DNA of 34,159 nucleotides from Candidatus Acetothermia bacterium (GCA_046543235.1 JBKGZT010000007.1:1-34159), one strand, 5' to 3'. Counted from the stretch's first letter, positions 1 to 8,714 are shown. Made by a program: numbers and translations. Notes: generated from the sequence alone by a model not told the origin.

Positions 1-2
1 CT

Positions 3-467
3 TTGGCGGAAGAAGGTGTCAAAGTAGTAGTGAACGGGAGAGATAAAGAGAAACTATTCTCGGTTCTGGAAAAGTCTCTGAGTGAAGTAAAGCAGCGGCT
101 GGGATTTGACAGGCAAATCCAACTGGACGAGACCAGCATCCTGGGGGAGGCGGATATGGGCAAGTACCACTGTCCTATGTGCCAGAAATTCTTCGAGTTT
201 AACGTGCAGAAGGAGACCGTAACCTGTCCCTTTATGGCCCAGAAATGTATGGCCACCCCCACGAACATAGAGAAGATGAACTACGATATCGATAGCCTAA
301 TTAAAATTTACAAAGTGACTCCTGACATATATCGGAGGATGATACGAGAGATATATGACGGCAAGGGCGGATTTGAAACTCTGGGAGATACATTGCAAAA
401 GGATTGGGACTTTGAATTCAAGGAGGCTCAACTGGAGAGAGTGGGGGTTTTGTTGGGGTTGCAATAG
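3..467 (+). CDS. Hypothetical protein, probably 5'-truncated by the window edge, with a Cys-rich putative Zn-binding segment
   Basis: Open frame from the window start to TAG at 465-467. Contains CPMC...CPFMAQKC. The first ~18 residues (LAEEGVKVVVNGRDKEKL) resemble an SDR Rossmann beta2 segment. Confidence 0.55.
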   Translation: MAEEGVKVVVNGRDKEKLFSVLEKSLSEVKQRLGFDRQIQLDETSILGEADMGKYHCPMCQKFFEFNVQKETVTCPFMAQKCMATPTNIEKMNYDIDSLIKIYKVTPDIYRRMIREIYDGKGGFETLGDTLQKDWDFEFKEAQLERVGVLLGLQ

Positions 468-687
468 GAAGTGGAACCATATTTAGCAAAAACCAGAACT
501 TCAATTCCCCGGCCACAGGCTGGCGTATATTAACAGTCTGGCCCCAAACCTACTGTGGAGGTTGCCTGCGTTTCTGCCTCCGGTGAAAGCTGCCAGGGTG
601 AAATCTTTCTTTCGTTTTTTATAATCTTTGCAGTTCCTTGCTTCTGAAAGAGATTGATAAAATGACGACAACTCAAGGAGGATAGTC

Positions 688-2241
688 ATGAGTGAGAGAT
701 TTTTGGCGGGAACGGACATAGGAACACAGGGGACAAAGACGGTCCTGGTCGATTCGGCGGGAAGCGTGGTAGGTACTGGATATTCTTCTTATTCGCCCGA
801 ACAGCCCCGGCCTTCCTGGGCCCAACAGTGGCCGGAAGTCTGGGAGGAGGCGACTTACGAATCGATTAGAGGAGCTCTGGATGGTTCCGGCGTAGATCCG
901 GATAGGATTTCAGGAATTTCCATCAGCGGCCTATACGGCGGATCCGGCGTTCCTCTTGACGAGGACCTGGAGCCGATCCATCCCTGTCTTATCTGGATGG
1001 ACAGGCGGGCTACCGAGGAGGTAGGCTGGGTCAAAGAGAACATAGATCTGGACTGGTTGTTCGAAATTACCGGAAACTACGTAGATTCCTATTACGGTTA
1101 CACCAAGATCCTCTGGTTGAAAAACAACGAGCCCGATCTCTGGGAGAAGATCCATAAGTTCGTTCCCCCCTCCAGCTACATAGAATACAAAATGACCGGC
1201 GAGCTGGCAGTTGACTACTCTTCGGCAGGTAACATAGGCGGTGTCTTCGATATGAATGAACTTACATGGTCCCGGGAAGCTTGTGAAGCACTCGGGATAC
1301 CCGTCGATATGATGCCGGAGAGGTTAGTTCCATCGGATTCCGTGATGGGGGAAATAACTTCCGTTGCTGCCGATAAAACGGGCCTGGCTGAAGGTACACC
1401 AGTGATAGCTGGAGGAATTGATGCCCCTATGTCGGCATTGAGCGCGGGAGCCTTCTCCGAAGGGGACAACGTGGCAATGATGGGAACCTCGACCTGCTGG
1501 GGAATAATACACGAGGGAGAGGGTCTTACCGAGGAACTCGTATCCATGCCTCACGTAGCCAATTCCGAGGAGAAGATTTATACTTTTGGTGGTTCGGCTA
1601 CAACTGGTGCTTTGGCCAGCTGGTTCAAGGAACAGTTTGGGATGCCGGAGGAAGAGATGGCCGAAAAATCGGATCTTAGCCCCTTTGAACTGCTAGATGC
1701 CCAGGCGGCAAAGATCCCTCCCGGGTCGGACGGATTGCTTGCTCTTCCTTATTTCAAGGGCGAACGCTCGCCGATTTGGGACCCAAGAGCCAGTGGTACC
1801 CTGATTGGGTTATCGCTTTACCATACTAAACCGCATGTATTCCGAGCTCTGCTAGAATCCGGTGCATATAGCTTGAGACACAATATGGAAATAGGTGAGC
1901 GGGTTGGTACTCCCATTGATCAGGAAACCAGCGTGGTTGGGGGAGTTTCCAAGTCCAATCTATGGACACAAATAATAGCAGATGTCACCGGCAGGGAAAT
2001 CGTAGTACCCTCCGGCGGGGTGGGTGCACCGTTTGGAGATGCTTTGCTCGCGGGAGTTGCCACCGGGGTCATCGAGGATTACGCGGAAGTGGAAAACTGG
2101 ATTACCCGGGGCCGTGTAGTTACCCCTAACGAGGAGAATTGGGAGGTCTACGACAAGTACTACGAACTCTATCTCGACCTTTACCGCAAGAGCAGCTCTA
2201 TCATGCACAAACTGGCGGAGCTCTCGAAGAGGCCGGGTTGA
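688..2241 (+). CDS. FGGY-family carbohydrate kinase (xylulokinase-like)
   Basis: GTDIGTQGTK, WMDRRA, kinase-type GGIDA, LPYFKGERSPIWDP and GGVSKSNLWTQIIADV motifs. SD AAGGAGG upstream of the ATG. Confidence 0.92.
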   Translation: MSERFLAGTDIGTQGTKTVLVDSAGSVVGTGYSSYSPEQPRPSWAQQWPEVWEEATYESIRGALDGSGVDPDRISGISISGLYGGSGVPLDEDLEPIHPCLIWMDRRATEEVGWVKENIDLDWLFEITGNYVDSYYGYTKILWLKNNEPDLWEKIHKFVPPSSYIEYKMTGELAVDYSSAGNIGGVFDMNELTWSREACEALGIPVDMMPERLVPSDSVMGEITSVAADKTGLAEGTPVIAGGIDAPMSALSAGAFSEGDNVAMMGTSTCWGIIHEGEGLTEELVSMPHVANSEEKIYTFGGSATTGALASWFKEQFGMPEEEMAEKSDLSPFELLDAQAAKIPPGSDGLLALPYFKGERSPIWDPRASGTLIGLSLYHTKPHVFRALLESGAYSLRHNMEIGERVGTPIDQETSVVGGVSKSNLWTQIIADVTGREIVVPSGGVGAPFGDALLAGVATGVIEDYAEVENWITRGRVVTPNEENWEVYDKYYELYLDLYRKSSSIMHKLAELSKRPG

Positions 2242-2242
2242 G

Positions 2243-3406
2243 TTAGCTCAGAGGGTATTCTCCAAACTCTTTTACAGCGTCGACCATTGCCAGGACGTTT
2301 TCTGCCGGGACTTCGTCCATGATGGTATGGACAGCGGATACCATGTAACCGCCGCCCGGGCCGAGGGCTTCAATTACTCGTTTTACTTCTTTCCCGACGT
2401 CCTCGGGGGAGCCGTTCGGGAGAACTTCCTGGGTATCTATTCCGCCACAGAAGACCATTTCGTCTCCGTATTCCTCATTTAATTTTGTAAGGTTTGCCAT
2501 CTTGCCCGCGGAAGTCTGGATCGGGTTGAGCACGTCAACGCCGATCTCGATGAAATCGTCTATCAGAGGAAATACGTCACCGTCCGTGTGGAAGAAGACC
2601 GCCGCGTCCGTTCGCTCCTTGATAAAGCTAATGTAATCGTCGTGGATCGGCTTGAGAATTTCCCTGTAAGTTCTGGGCGAGATCAAGAGGCTTTCCTGGG
2701 TGCCGAGGTCGTCGCCAATTCCTATTATATCGACGTTACCGTCGAGTTCTTTCAAGAAAGAGTCCATTAGGGTTTTGCACTTTTCCGTTATCTTCTCCAG
2801 CAGAGCCACGGCGAAGTCCTGGTTACGAACGAGGTTCTGCAGGAAGACGTCCATTCCCTGCATGGCGAAGGCCCGCTCCAGCGGGAACAGTAGCCAGGGC
2901 GTGGCCATGATCGCGTACTCGTCTTCTTCTGCTAGCTCCTTCGCCCGTTCCTTTACGTGGGCGACACGAGTCGGGGCGGTCATGTCGGGCCAGCCGTCGT
3001 AGCCTTCAACCTCTTCGACCGAATCGGCGTCCGAAAGGGGGTGAATCCCGGGAAACCATTCCCCGGGTTCCGTTTCGACCTGGCCGCTCCCCCACGAGTT
3101 TATGTAGGGGGTATGAGGTTCTCTCGAGCGGTTTCTCTCTAAAACGGAAGCAGGTTCGAGATCCCTGACGCCGCGGACGTCGACCCCGAGCCGCTCCATC
3201 GTCTCCTCGTCCAGCTTTGCCGCCCCCAGTTCCGGCCACTGATACAGGTATCGGTTGGGCGCCTCGACCCCGATTAACTCTTTTATCTTCCTGTAGGTTT
3301 CCATCTTGATCCCGGTAGTGTTGTTTGCCCCGATCACGATAGGAACCCTGTCGGGTTCTTCGTGATTCAGGGCAGCCAAAACCCGTTCTCTTGAACTATA
3401 AGTCAT
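2243..3406 (-). CDS. Uroporphyrinogen decarboxylase / MtaA-CmuA methyltransferase superfamily protein
   Basis: SRERVLAALNHEEPDRVP N-terminus, GDDLGTQ, FHTDG, LNPIQ, FCGGIDTQ, GGGYMVSAVHTI, PAENVLAM. SD AAGGAG. Confidence 0.85.
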   Translation of the reverse strand: MTYSSRERVLAALNHEEPDRVPIVIGANNTTGIKMETYRKIKELIGVEAPNRYLYQWPELGAAKLDEETMERLGVDVRGVRDLEPASVLERNRSREPHTPYINSWGSGQVETEPGEWFPGIHPLSDADSVEEVEGYDGWPDMTAPTRVAHVKERAKELAEEDEYAIMATPWLLFPLERAFAMQGMDVFLQNLVRNQDFAVALLEKITEKCKTLMDSFLKELDGNVDIIGIGDDLGTQESLLISPRTYREILKPIHDDYISFIKERTDAAVFFHTDGDVFPLIDDFIEIGVDVLNPIQTSAGKMANLTKLNEEYGDEMVFCGGIDTQEVLPNGSPEDVGKEVKRVIEALGPGGGYMVSAVHTIMDEVPAENVLAMVDAVKEFGEYPLS

Positions 3407-3438
3407 AAATTCAGCTCCTTAATCTACGTTTCTATTTC

Positions 3439-4809
3439 TCAATTATTGCCGACTAAATCCTCTTCAATATTGCTTATTTTATCGACGTAACTCTGGATGT
3501 CGAACTTCCGCTCCAGCCCGTTGGCGTTCATATACCTGGTTTTCCCGAAGACGGGCCTCTCCTTCCATCCCTGATCGTGTTTGCCGTAGCACCAGGCGAC
3601 GCCGGTGAACCCGTTCGGATCGCGACCGTCGAGTTCGTATTTGTTATTCAGGTAAAGCGTGATCTCGTAGCCGCGCTCAGGATTTGGCGTCCACTCGAGT
3701 ATCTTCTTGCCCCAGTACATCCTCATGTATCCGTGGGTTTTACCCGTTAGGTTCATCTCCTTCTGGGCGGCGTTCCAGTAAGGGTCGTGGGTTTCCGCGT
3801 TTCCGAATTCCTCGAGCGTGTAGAGGTACTCCCTTTCGTCGTCTTTGTGTTCCATCAGGGTTTCCAGGGCCCACTCCGGTAGAACCGACCCGAAGTCGTC
3901 GTAGCGCTCGTTGTAATGTACGAAGTTGGCGCTGAGCTCGCGTCGAACTATCAGCTGCTCTAAATAATCTTCCACCCCGGGGCCACCTGCCTCGCGAATC
4001 CTGTTAGCTATGTACGTAGGAGAAATCTGCCCAAAGTGCAGGTAAGGGCTCAAGTGGGAAACGTAATCCACGCCTGGATCGTTGCTCAGTTGGTCGTATT
4101 TGTCCAGTTTGTTCTCGATAAAATCTTCCAGTAGCTTCTTCGCCTCGGAAGTGCCACCAGGGAAACGTGATACGGGTTTGACGCTCCGATCTATCTCCAG
4201 CTCGTCCAGCAGGACTTCCGGGTCGGAGGTTTCGAGTGGCGTGTCGAGGTCCAGAGAGGGCTCTTTAGGTTCCGGTATCTGGTGGACTTCCAGAAACTCG
4301 TCTAGCTTCTCGTTTATTTTAGGACGGATAGTTCTAGCTGCATATTCCTCCTCTTTGCTTGCCGTCTCGACTGGAACCACGACGTTACCCTCGACTTGAA
4401 CCAGCTCGACGTCGATGGCCTCCCCGACTTCCTGGCGCCATTCTTTCTGAGTACGCAGGTAGCCCCGGTCCACTATCACCGACGTGGCCCGGTCGGACAG
4501 TTTTATTGCACCTTCTGGAGGTGGAAGATGGGTGATGACGGTCTTTATACCCATCTCCTTCAGGTTTTCCAGGGTTTCCTTTAATCCCTCGATCATAAAG
4601 TGGTAGTGGCGCAGATTGCCTTCTGGAAAATCGTCGGTAAGGCCGAAGTAAGTTAATAGGGGAAGGTTTTCCGCGTTTGCTTTTTCTATTGCGACTCGGA
4701 GTGCTTTGTTATCTTCCGCTCGCTGTGATGCCTGCATCCAGTAGAGAACGTAATCACCTGGGCCGGCTCGCTGGTCGTTTAACCTCTCTACTCGCTCCGA
4801 GTGGACCAT
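3439..4809 (-). CDS. phr: Deoxyribodipyrimidine (CPD) photolyase, class II
   Basis: YVLYWMQASQRAEDN, SHLSPYLHFGQIS, EQLIVRRELS, THDPYWNAAQ, HGYMRMYWGKKILEW, LDGRDPNG and WKERPVFGKTRYMN are class II photolyase signatures. Confidence 0.95.
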   Translation of the reverse strand: MVHSERVERLNDQRAGPGDYVLYWMQASQRAEDNKALRVAIEKANAENLPLLTYFGLTDDFPEGNLRHYHFMIEGLKETLENLKEMGIKTVITHLPPPEGAIKLSDRATSVIVDRGYLRTQKEWRQEVGEAIDVELVQVEGNVVVPVETASKEEEYAARTIRPKINEKLDEFLEVHQIPEPKEPSLDLDTPLETSDPEVLLDELEIDRSVKPVSRFPGGTSEAKKLLEDFIENKLDKYDQLSNDPGVDYVSHLSPYLHFGQISPTYIANRIREAGGPGVEDYLEQLIVRRELSANFVHYNERYDDFGSVLPEWALETLMEHKDDEREYLYTLEEFGNAETHDPYWNAAQKEMNLTGKTHGYMRMYWGKKILEWTPNPERGYEITLYLNNKYELDGRDPNGFTGVAWCYGKHDQGWKERPVFGKTRYMNANGLERKFDIQSYVDKISNIEEDLVGNN

Positions 4810-4821
4810 TCTAGCCCCGGT

Positions 4822-5712
4822 TCATCTTGAGTTGTCGTATTGACCGATTAGGCTGGATAAGTCTTCCAGGTCCAATTCTTCCATTTTCTCGGGCAGTTCC
4901 TCGATAATCTCGGAATAGCTCTCGACTCCGCCGGAAATGGCCGTCGAAAGCATCTGTGTCCCCGAGGCTCCGGCTGCGATAAACTGGAGGAGGTCACGTG
5001 CCGAAGCTATACCGCCGACTCCGATAACCGGCACGTCAACGGCTTTGTATATCTCGTTAACTGCCTCAAGGGCCAGTGGCTTGATCGGGGGACCCGAAAG
5101 CCAGCCGTATCCGTCCTCGCTGCCAAGAGGGGAATTCATGTGTTCCAGGTCTATTTCAAGTCCTGGGCCGACCGAATTGATGGCGACTATGCCTGCCGCT
5201 CCTCCTTTGACAGCTGCAGATGCGAATTCGCCGAGATCCGGTACGTGTGGGGAAAGTTTGACGAATACCGGTTTATCGGTCAGCTCTGTCGCGGCGGAAG
5301 CTATTTTCCTTATCGGTTCCGGGTCCCGTCCGAGGTAATGTGAGGAAAGTTCAAAGGCGTCCGCGAACGGCTCTATTTCAGGAATGAGTTCCCTTATCTG
5401 ATCCGGTTCGTAGCCGAGGCTAACTATTATCGGTACTTCAAGTTCCTCTCTGATGGTCGGGTAGTAGTCCTCGATCCACTTCGACGGAGGTTCCTCGGCC
5501 CACTTTTCACAGTTCAAAACCCCGCTGTCCAGTTTTGCGATTGCCGGTTTTGCTACTTCAGCTGCCTCTGTAGATACAGTTTTCGTCACTATCCCCCCGA
5601 CTCCCTGATTCACTACCCTTTTGATCGTTCCGGGGCTTCCGGTCAAAGGGCCGGCTGCGGGCATGAGGGGGTTTTCGAATTCTAACCCAGCAATTTCCGT
5701 AGATATATCCAT
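4822..5712 (-). CDS. Dihydroorotate/dihydropyrimidine dehydrogenase-fold FMN protein, non-canonical active site
   Basis: LEFENPLMPAAGP, GIVTKT, PVFVKLSP, AINS, GWLSGPPIKPLAL, VIGVGGI. The family-1 NxSCPN catalytic loop is replaced by ELSSHY. Confidence 0.8.
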   Translation of the reverse strand: MDISTEIAGLEFENPLMPAAGPLTGSPGTIKRVVNQGVGGIVTKTVSTEAAEVAKPAIAKLDSGVLNCEKWAEEPPSKWIEDYYPTIREELEVPIIVSLGYEPDQIRELIPEIEPFADAFELSSHYLGRDPEPIRKIASAATELTDKPVFVKLSPHVPDLGEFASAAVKGGAAGIVAINSVGPGLEIDLEHMNSPLGSEDGYGWLSGPPIKPLALEAVNEIYKAVDVPVIGVGGIASARDLLQFIAAGASGTQMLSTAISGGVESYSEIIEELPEKMEELDLEDLSSLIGQYDNSR

Positions 5713-5794
5713 GTTTCCTCCTTTGCTCTTAAAGGGTTTGATCTGTGACTGCTCATCATGTCGGTTCTATAGCCCGAAAAAAGAAGTTTTCCGG

Positions 5795-7141
5795 TTATCC
5801 GTCGATCCTCTCCCAGAGGTCTTCGGCCGCTTCTCTCGCCGCCCTGTAGGCTTCCTCTTCGTTCACGCCGAGGATATCCGATTCCTTCATAACGGGCGAA
5901 CCGTTAACGAAAACCGTTTCCACGTCGTAGTTATTGCCTCCAACTCCGAAGTAAAGGTGGCCGAGGAAGGTTTCCTCCTCCAGCGGCGTTGGATGCGGAT
6001 AGTCCATGACCACTAGGTCGGCCTTATAGCCGGGACGTAGCTTTCCAAGTTCTACGCCGAAAGCACGGCCCGCCAGCTCGTAGTTGTTTATGAACGCCAT
6101 CTCTCTAACGTCCTCAAGCCCCATGGCACCCGAGGATCCGTGGTAGATCTTCTGGAGCAGCAGGGCATCCCGGAGCTCGTCGAACATGTTGGAGCCGAAA
6201 CCGTCGTTTCCCAACCCGACTTTCAGACCCCTGTCCAGCAACCCTTTTACGTCGGCAACTCCAGCACCGTTGTTCATGTTTGAACGTGGGTTGTTGATCA
6301 GGAAGGGCTGCTGATCGAGCAGAATTTCCTTTTCCGGCTCGGAGAGGTGCAGGCCGTGGGCGAGTATGGCTTTTTCGTCCAGAAGACCGAAGTTGTCGAG
6401 CCGGTTTACGACACGCGTTCCGTAGTTTTTCAGCGAGTCCTCCTGGTCCTCACGGCCTTCGGCCAGGTGGATATGAATTCCCGTATCCAGGTCCTCTAGG
6501 TAGTCGGCGACTTCCGCCAGCGTTTCGGAAGAAAGCGTAAAAGAAGCATGAAGGCCGAACTGTCCGGCTGTCAGGTTATCGTCTCTATTTGATACCCGAC
6601 TGAGCCAGTTTATGTTTTCCCTTATCCCCTGCTCGGCTTCCTCTTTTCCATTTCTGTCCGTGACCTCGTAACAAAGCGAGCTCCGCAGGCCGAGCTTTTC
6701 GACTACTTCCTCCTCAACCAGTTCGAGACTGCCCTTGACGTAACTGGGGCTAGAATGGTGGTCGAATATAGTCGTTACGCCGTTTTTTATTAGCTCCATC
6801 CCGCCGATTAGCGCGCTGGCGCGGATGGCTTCTTTGTCCAGGCTCCTGTCCAGCTTCCACCACAAACCGGTCAAAATATCCGAGAGGTTTTCCGGGGAGT
6901 AGCCTTTCAGGGGTAGTCCTCGGGCAAGCGTGCTGTAGAGATGAGTGTGGGCATTTACCATTCCCGGGATTATTAACTTTTCTGAGACGTCAAGTACTTC
7001 GTCCTCCTCGCCGGGTGTCTCCTCGAGGTCCCCTGGCTCAGCGAGTTCGACTATTTCGTTTTCCTCTATTACTATCCTGGCATCCTCGATCAAATCGCCG
7101 TCGTTGGTCCATACCGTCCCGCCTTCGAGAAAATATCTCAT
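5795..7141 (-). CDS. ssnA: SsnA-like metal-dependent amidohydrolase
   Basis: PGMVNAHTHLYSTLARG, LWWKLDR, GVTTIFDHH, CYEVTDRNG, GLHASFTLS, HIHLAEG, NPRSNMNN, GLGNDG. Start moved from the ORF-track 7354 to ATG 7141 (MRYFLEGG), which follows GGGGGAAAAG. Confidence 0.85.
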   Translation of the reverse strand: MRYFLEGGTVWTNDGDLIEDARIVIEENEIVELAEPGDLEETPGEEDEVLDVSEKLIIPGMVNAHTHLYSTLARGLPLKGYSPENLSDILTGLWWKLDRSLDKEAIRASALIGGMELIKNGVTTIFDHHSSPSYVKGSLELVEEEVVEKLGLRSSLCYEVTDRNGKEEAEQGIRENINWLSRVSNRDDNLTAGQFGLHASFTLSSETLAEVADYLEDLDTGIHIHLAEGREDQEDSLKNYGTRVVNRLDNFGLLDEKAILAHGLHLSEPEKEILLDQQPFLINNPRSNMNNGAGVADVKGLLDRGLKVGLGNDGFGSNMFDELRDALLLQKIYHGSSGAMGLEDVREMAFINNYELAGRAFGVELGKLRPGYKADLVVMDYPHPTPLEEETFLGHLYFGVGGNNYDVETVFVNGSPVMKESDILGVNEEEAYRAAREAAEDLWERIDG

Positions 7142-7151
7142 CTTTTCCCCC

Positions 7152-7297
7152 GTAAAAAAGCAATAAACGTAGCTGAGAAGCCCTCTAATCCGGAATCGAT
7201 GATAACGATACGAGGGGGTGAAAGTCAAATACTCGGGAGGGATCCTACTGGTTCCGGCGTTGTTCCGTGGGTTTCCCCAGCTACTTATGAGTTTTAG
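7152..7297 (-). ncRNA. Candidate structured 5' leader or small RNA upstream of ssnA
   Basis: Nested complementary segments 7169-7175/7278-7284, 7177-7183/7269-7275, 7190-7197/7250-7257 and 7211-7214/7232-7235. A T6 tract follows on the minus strand, and a possible promoter lies just upstream. No match to a family I recognise. Confidence 0.4.
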
Positions 7298-7304
7298 TTT
7301 ATAA

Positions 7305-7333
7305 ATTACGTTTTGATGGAAGAATTTGGTCAA
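7305..7333 (-). promoter_or_regulatory. Putative sigma70-type promoter for the ssnA leader/operon
   Basis: Minus strand TTGACC-N17-CGTAAT. Confidence 0.3.
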
Positions 7334-7425
7334 AGTCGATTTGACGGAGCTCAAAAGAAGTTTGGGTCACGGGAAGAAGAAGGGTAAATTGCAGAAGCAC
7401 GGATTTCGTCCTAAACTTTCCCGAG

Positions 7426-8157
7426 GTGATAAGATTGGATTCACTCCAAGATAGTCAAAGCAAAATCAAGACTCTTTCCTTGAACTTCTTGCTTCTAATG
7501 CTCTGGTTTGGGGCTCTCTGGGGGGCAGTCGAAGCGTTGATCGGTGGCCTACTCCACTACCTCCTGCCGCCCACGGTACCCGGAAAGTTCATGATAGTTA
7601 TTGCGACCGGCTTAATGGCCTGGTCCTTAAAAAAGACAGGCAAACCTTGGGCCCCCTTGGCCATGGCAGTAATTGCTGCGCCGTTGAAGCTCTTTTCCGG
7701 GGTGGTTTTTAGCCTACCCCTCAATGCGCCGGCGATCCTGAATCCCGTCTTCGGTATCCTCTCGCAGGGGCTCGGGTTTACGGTGGTCGCCCTGGCGCTT
7801 TACAAGCTTCCCGTCCACAAGTACGCGAGGTATCTCGGGATTGGAGCAGGGGCAGGAGCGATTTATTCTTTCGTCTTTATCGGCCTGGTTGCCGGACCCG
7901 GTCTGGCTCTCTTTCCGCCGATGGAGGTAGTAATTAACGAGCTGGGGTCAAAGTTTCCCGGCTGGGCGACGTCTGTTTCCGGCCTGATCGGGTTCGCGAG
8001 TTCCTCGCTGCCTTATTCGGCGATAGCCGGTGGATTGGGTGGTTTGCTTGTTGGGGTATTGCCGCTTGACGTATACCCGAAGGTAAAACCCGGAGCGCTC
8101 GTCTCCGGTTCGGTTTTATGGTTGACGATCTTCTTCGTCTCCTCCTGGCTAATTTAA
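7426..8157 (+). CDS. Integral membrane protein of unknown function (about 6 hydrophobic helices; S-component-like size)
   Basis: Several long hydrophobic stretches and an N-terminal FGALWGAVEALIGGLLH motif. The true start may be TTG 7435 after GAGGTG. Confidence 0.75.
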   Translation: MIRLDSLQDSQSKIKTLSLNFLLLMLWFGALWGAVEALIGGLLHYLLPPTVPGKFMIVIATGLMAWSLKKTGKPWAPLAMAVIAAPLKLFSGVVFSLPLNAPAILNPVFGILSQGLGFTVVALALYKLPVHKYARYLGIGAGAGAIYSFVFIGLVAGPGLALFPPMEVVINELGSKFPGWATSVSGLIGFASSSLPYSAIAGGLGGLLVGVLPLDVYPKVKPGALVSGSVLWLTIFFVSSWLI

Positions 8158-8657
8158 AGAAATCGCAGGAGGTCTCCGTAATAGTCTCCGGTGACGTTGG
8201 GGCAGGAAAGACTACCGCCTGTCAGGAGATTATCGATGATCTAAGGGATAACGGTTTTCAGTCCGGAGGGGTTCTGTCACCTCGAGTTACGGATTCGGAG
8301 ACCACGGTGGGCTATGACGTGGTCGATCTCCTCACGGGCGAACGGAGGAGTTTTTTGAGGAATAAGCCTCCCGGGGAGGGAAAGCTCGGACGATTTTACC
8401 TTCAGGAAGAGGGGCTTTCCTTCGCAGTTGAGGCAATCCGTCGGGGCATCGAGGGTGCGGATCTGGTCTTCTTAGACGAGGTTGGCAGGATGGAGTTAAA
8501 CGGTCAGGGTTTGGCCGACCCGCTTGGAGAACTACTGGAAGCCGAGGTTCAGGGTGTCTACCTCGTTCGGCCGGCCTATCTTGGTCGCTTCAGAGAGGAA
8601 TTTCGGATAGAGGAGTACGTCGAACTGAGGATTCGGAAAGACGAAGGTGGGAGTTAG
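8118..8657 (+). CDS. THEP1/NTPase_1-family P-loop NTPase
   Basis: Walker A SGDVGAGKTT, GYDVVDL, GRFY, Walker B LVFLDEVGRMEL. Start uncertain because it overlaps the upstream gene by 40 nt. Confidence 0.85.
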   Translation: MVDDLLRLLLANLKKSQEVSVIVSGDVGAGKTTACQEIIDDLRDNGFQSGGVLSPRVTDSETTVGYDVVDLLTGERRSFLRNKPPGEGKLGRFYLQEEGLSFAVEAIRRGIEGADLVFLDEVGRMELNGQGLADPLGELLEAEVQGVYLVRPAYLGRFREEFRIEEYVELRIRKDEGGS

Positions 8658-8685
8658 CTCCTCCACTTTAGCCCCGAAAAGTTAC

Positions 8686-8714
8686 TTGTAACTGCCCGCG
8701 GGCCGATCTAATAT
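8686..8714 (+). promoter_or_regulatory. Putative sigma70-type promoter of metF-metV
   Basis: TTGTAA(8686-8691)-N17-TAATAT(8709-8714). The palindrome AGTTAC-TT-GTAACT overlaps the -35. Confidence 0.45.

Noticed and set aside
501-719. 72-aa minus-strand ORF
   Set aside because: It overlaps the kinase start and promoter region, is basic rather than acidic, and has no recognisable motif.
7142-7354. N-terminal extension of SsnA from TTG 7354
   Set aside because: The composition is unlike the rest of the protein, homology starts at ATG 7141, and the region is better explained as a structured leader.
7200-7425. Cobalamin or FMN riboswitch on the + strand (GGGGTGAAAGTC, GGGAAG)
   Set aside because: Only isolated words match. 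The B12-box GCCACTG, the AGCCAG/AGACC elements and the FMN core are missing.
8148-8160. Programmed -1 frameshift (T TTA AAG) fusing the membrane protein to the NTPase
   Set aside because: The heptamer is phased in the downstream frame. The upstream frame reads ATT TAA, which does not fit the X XXY YYZ rule.
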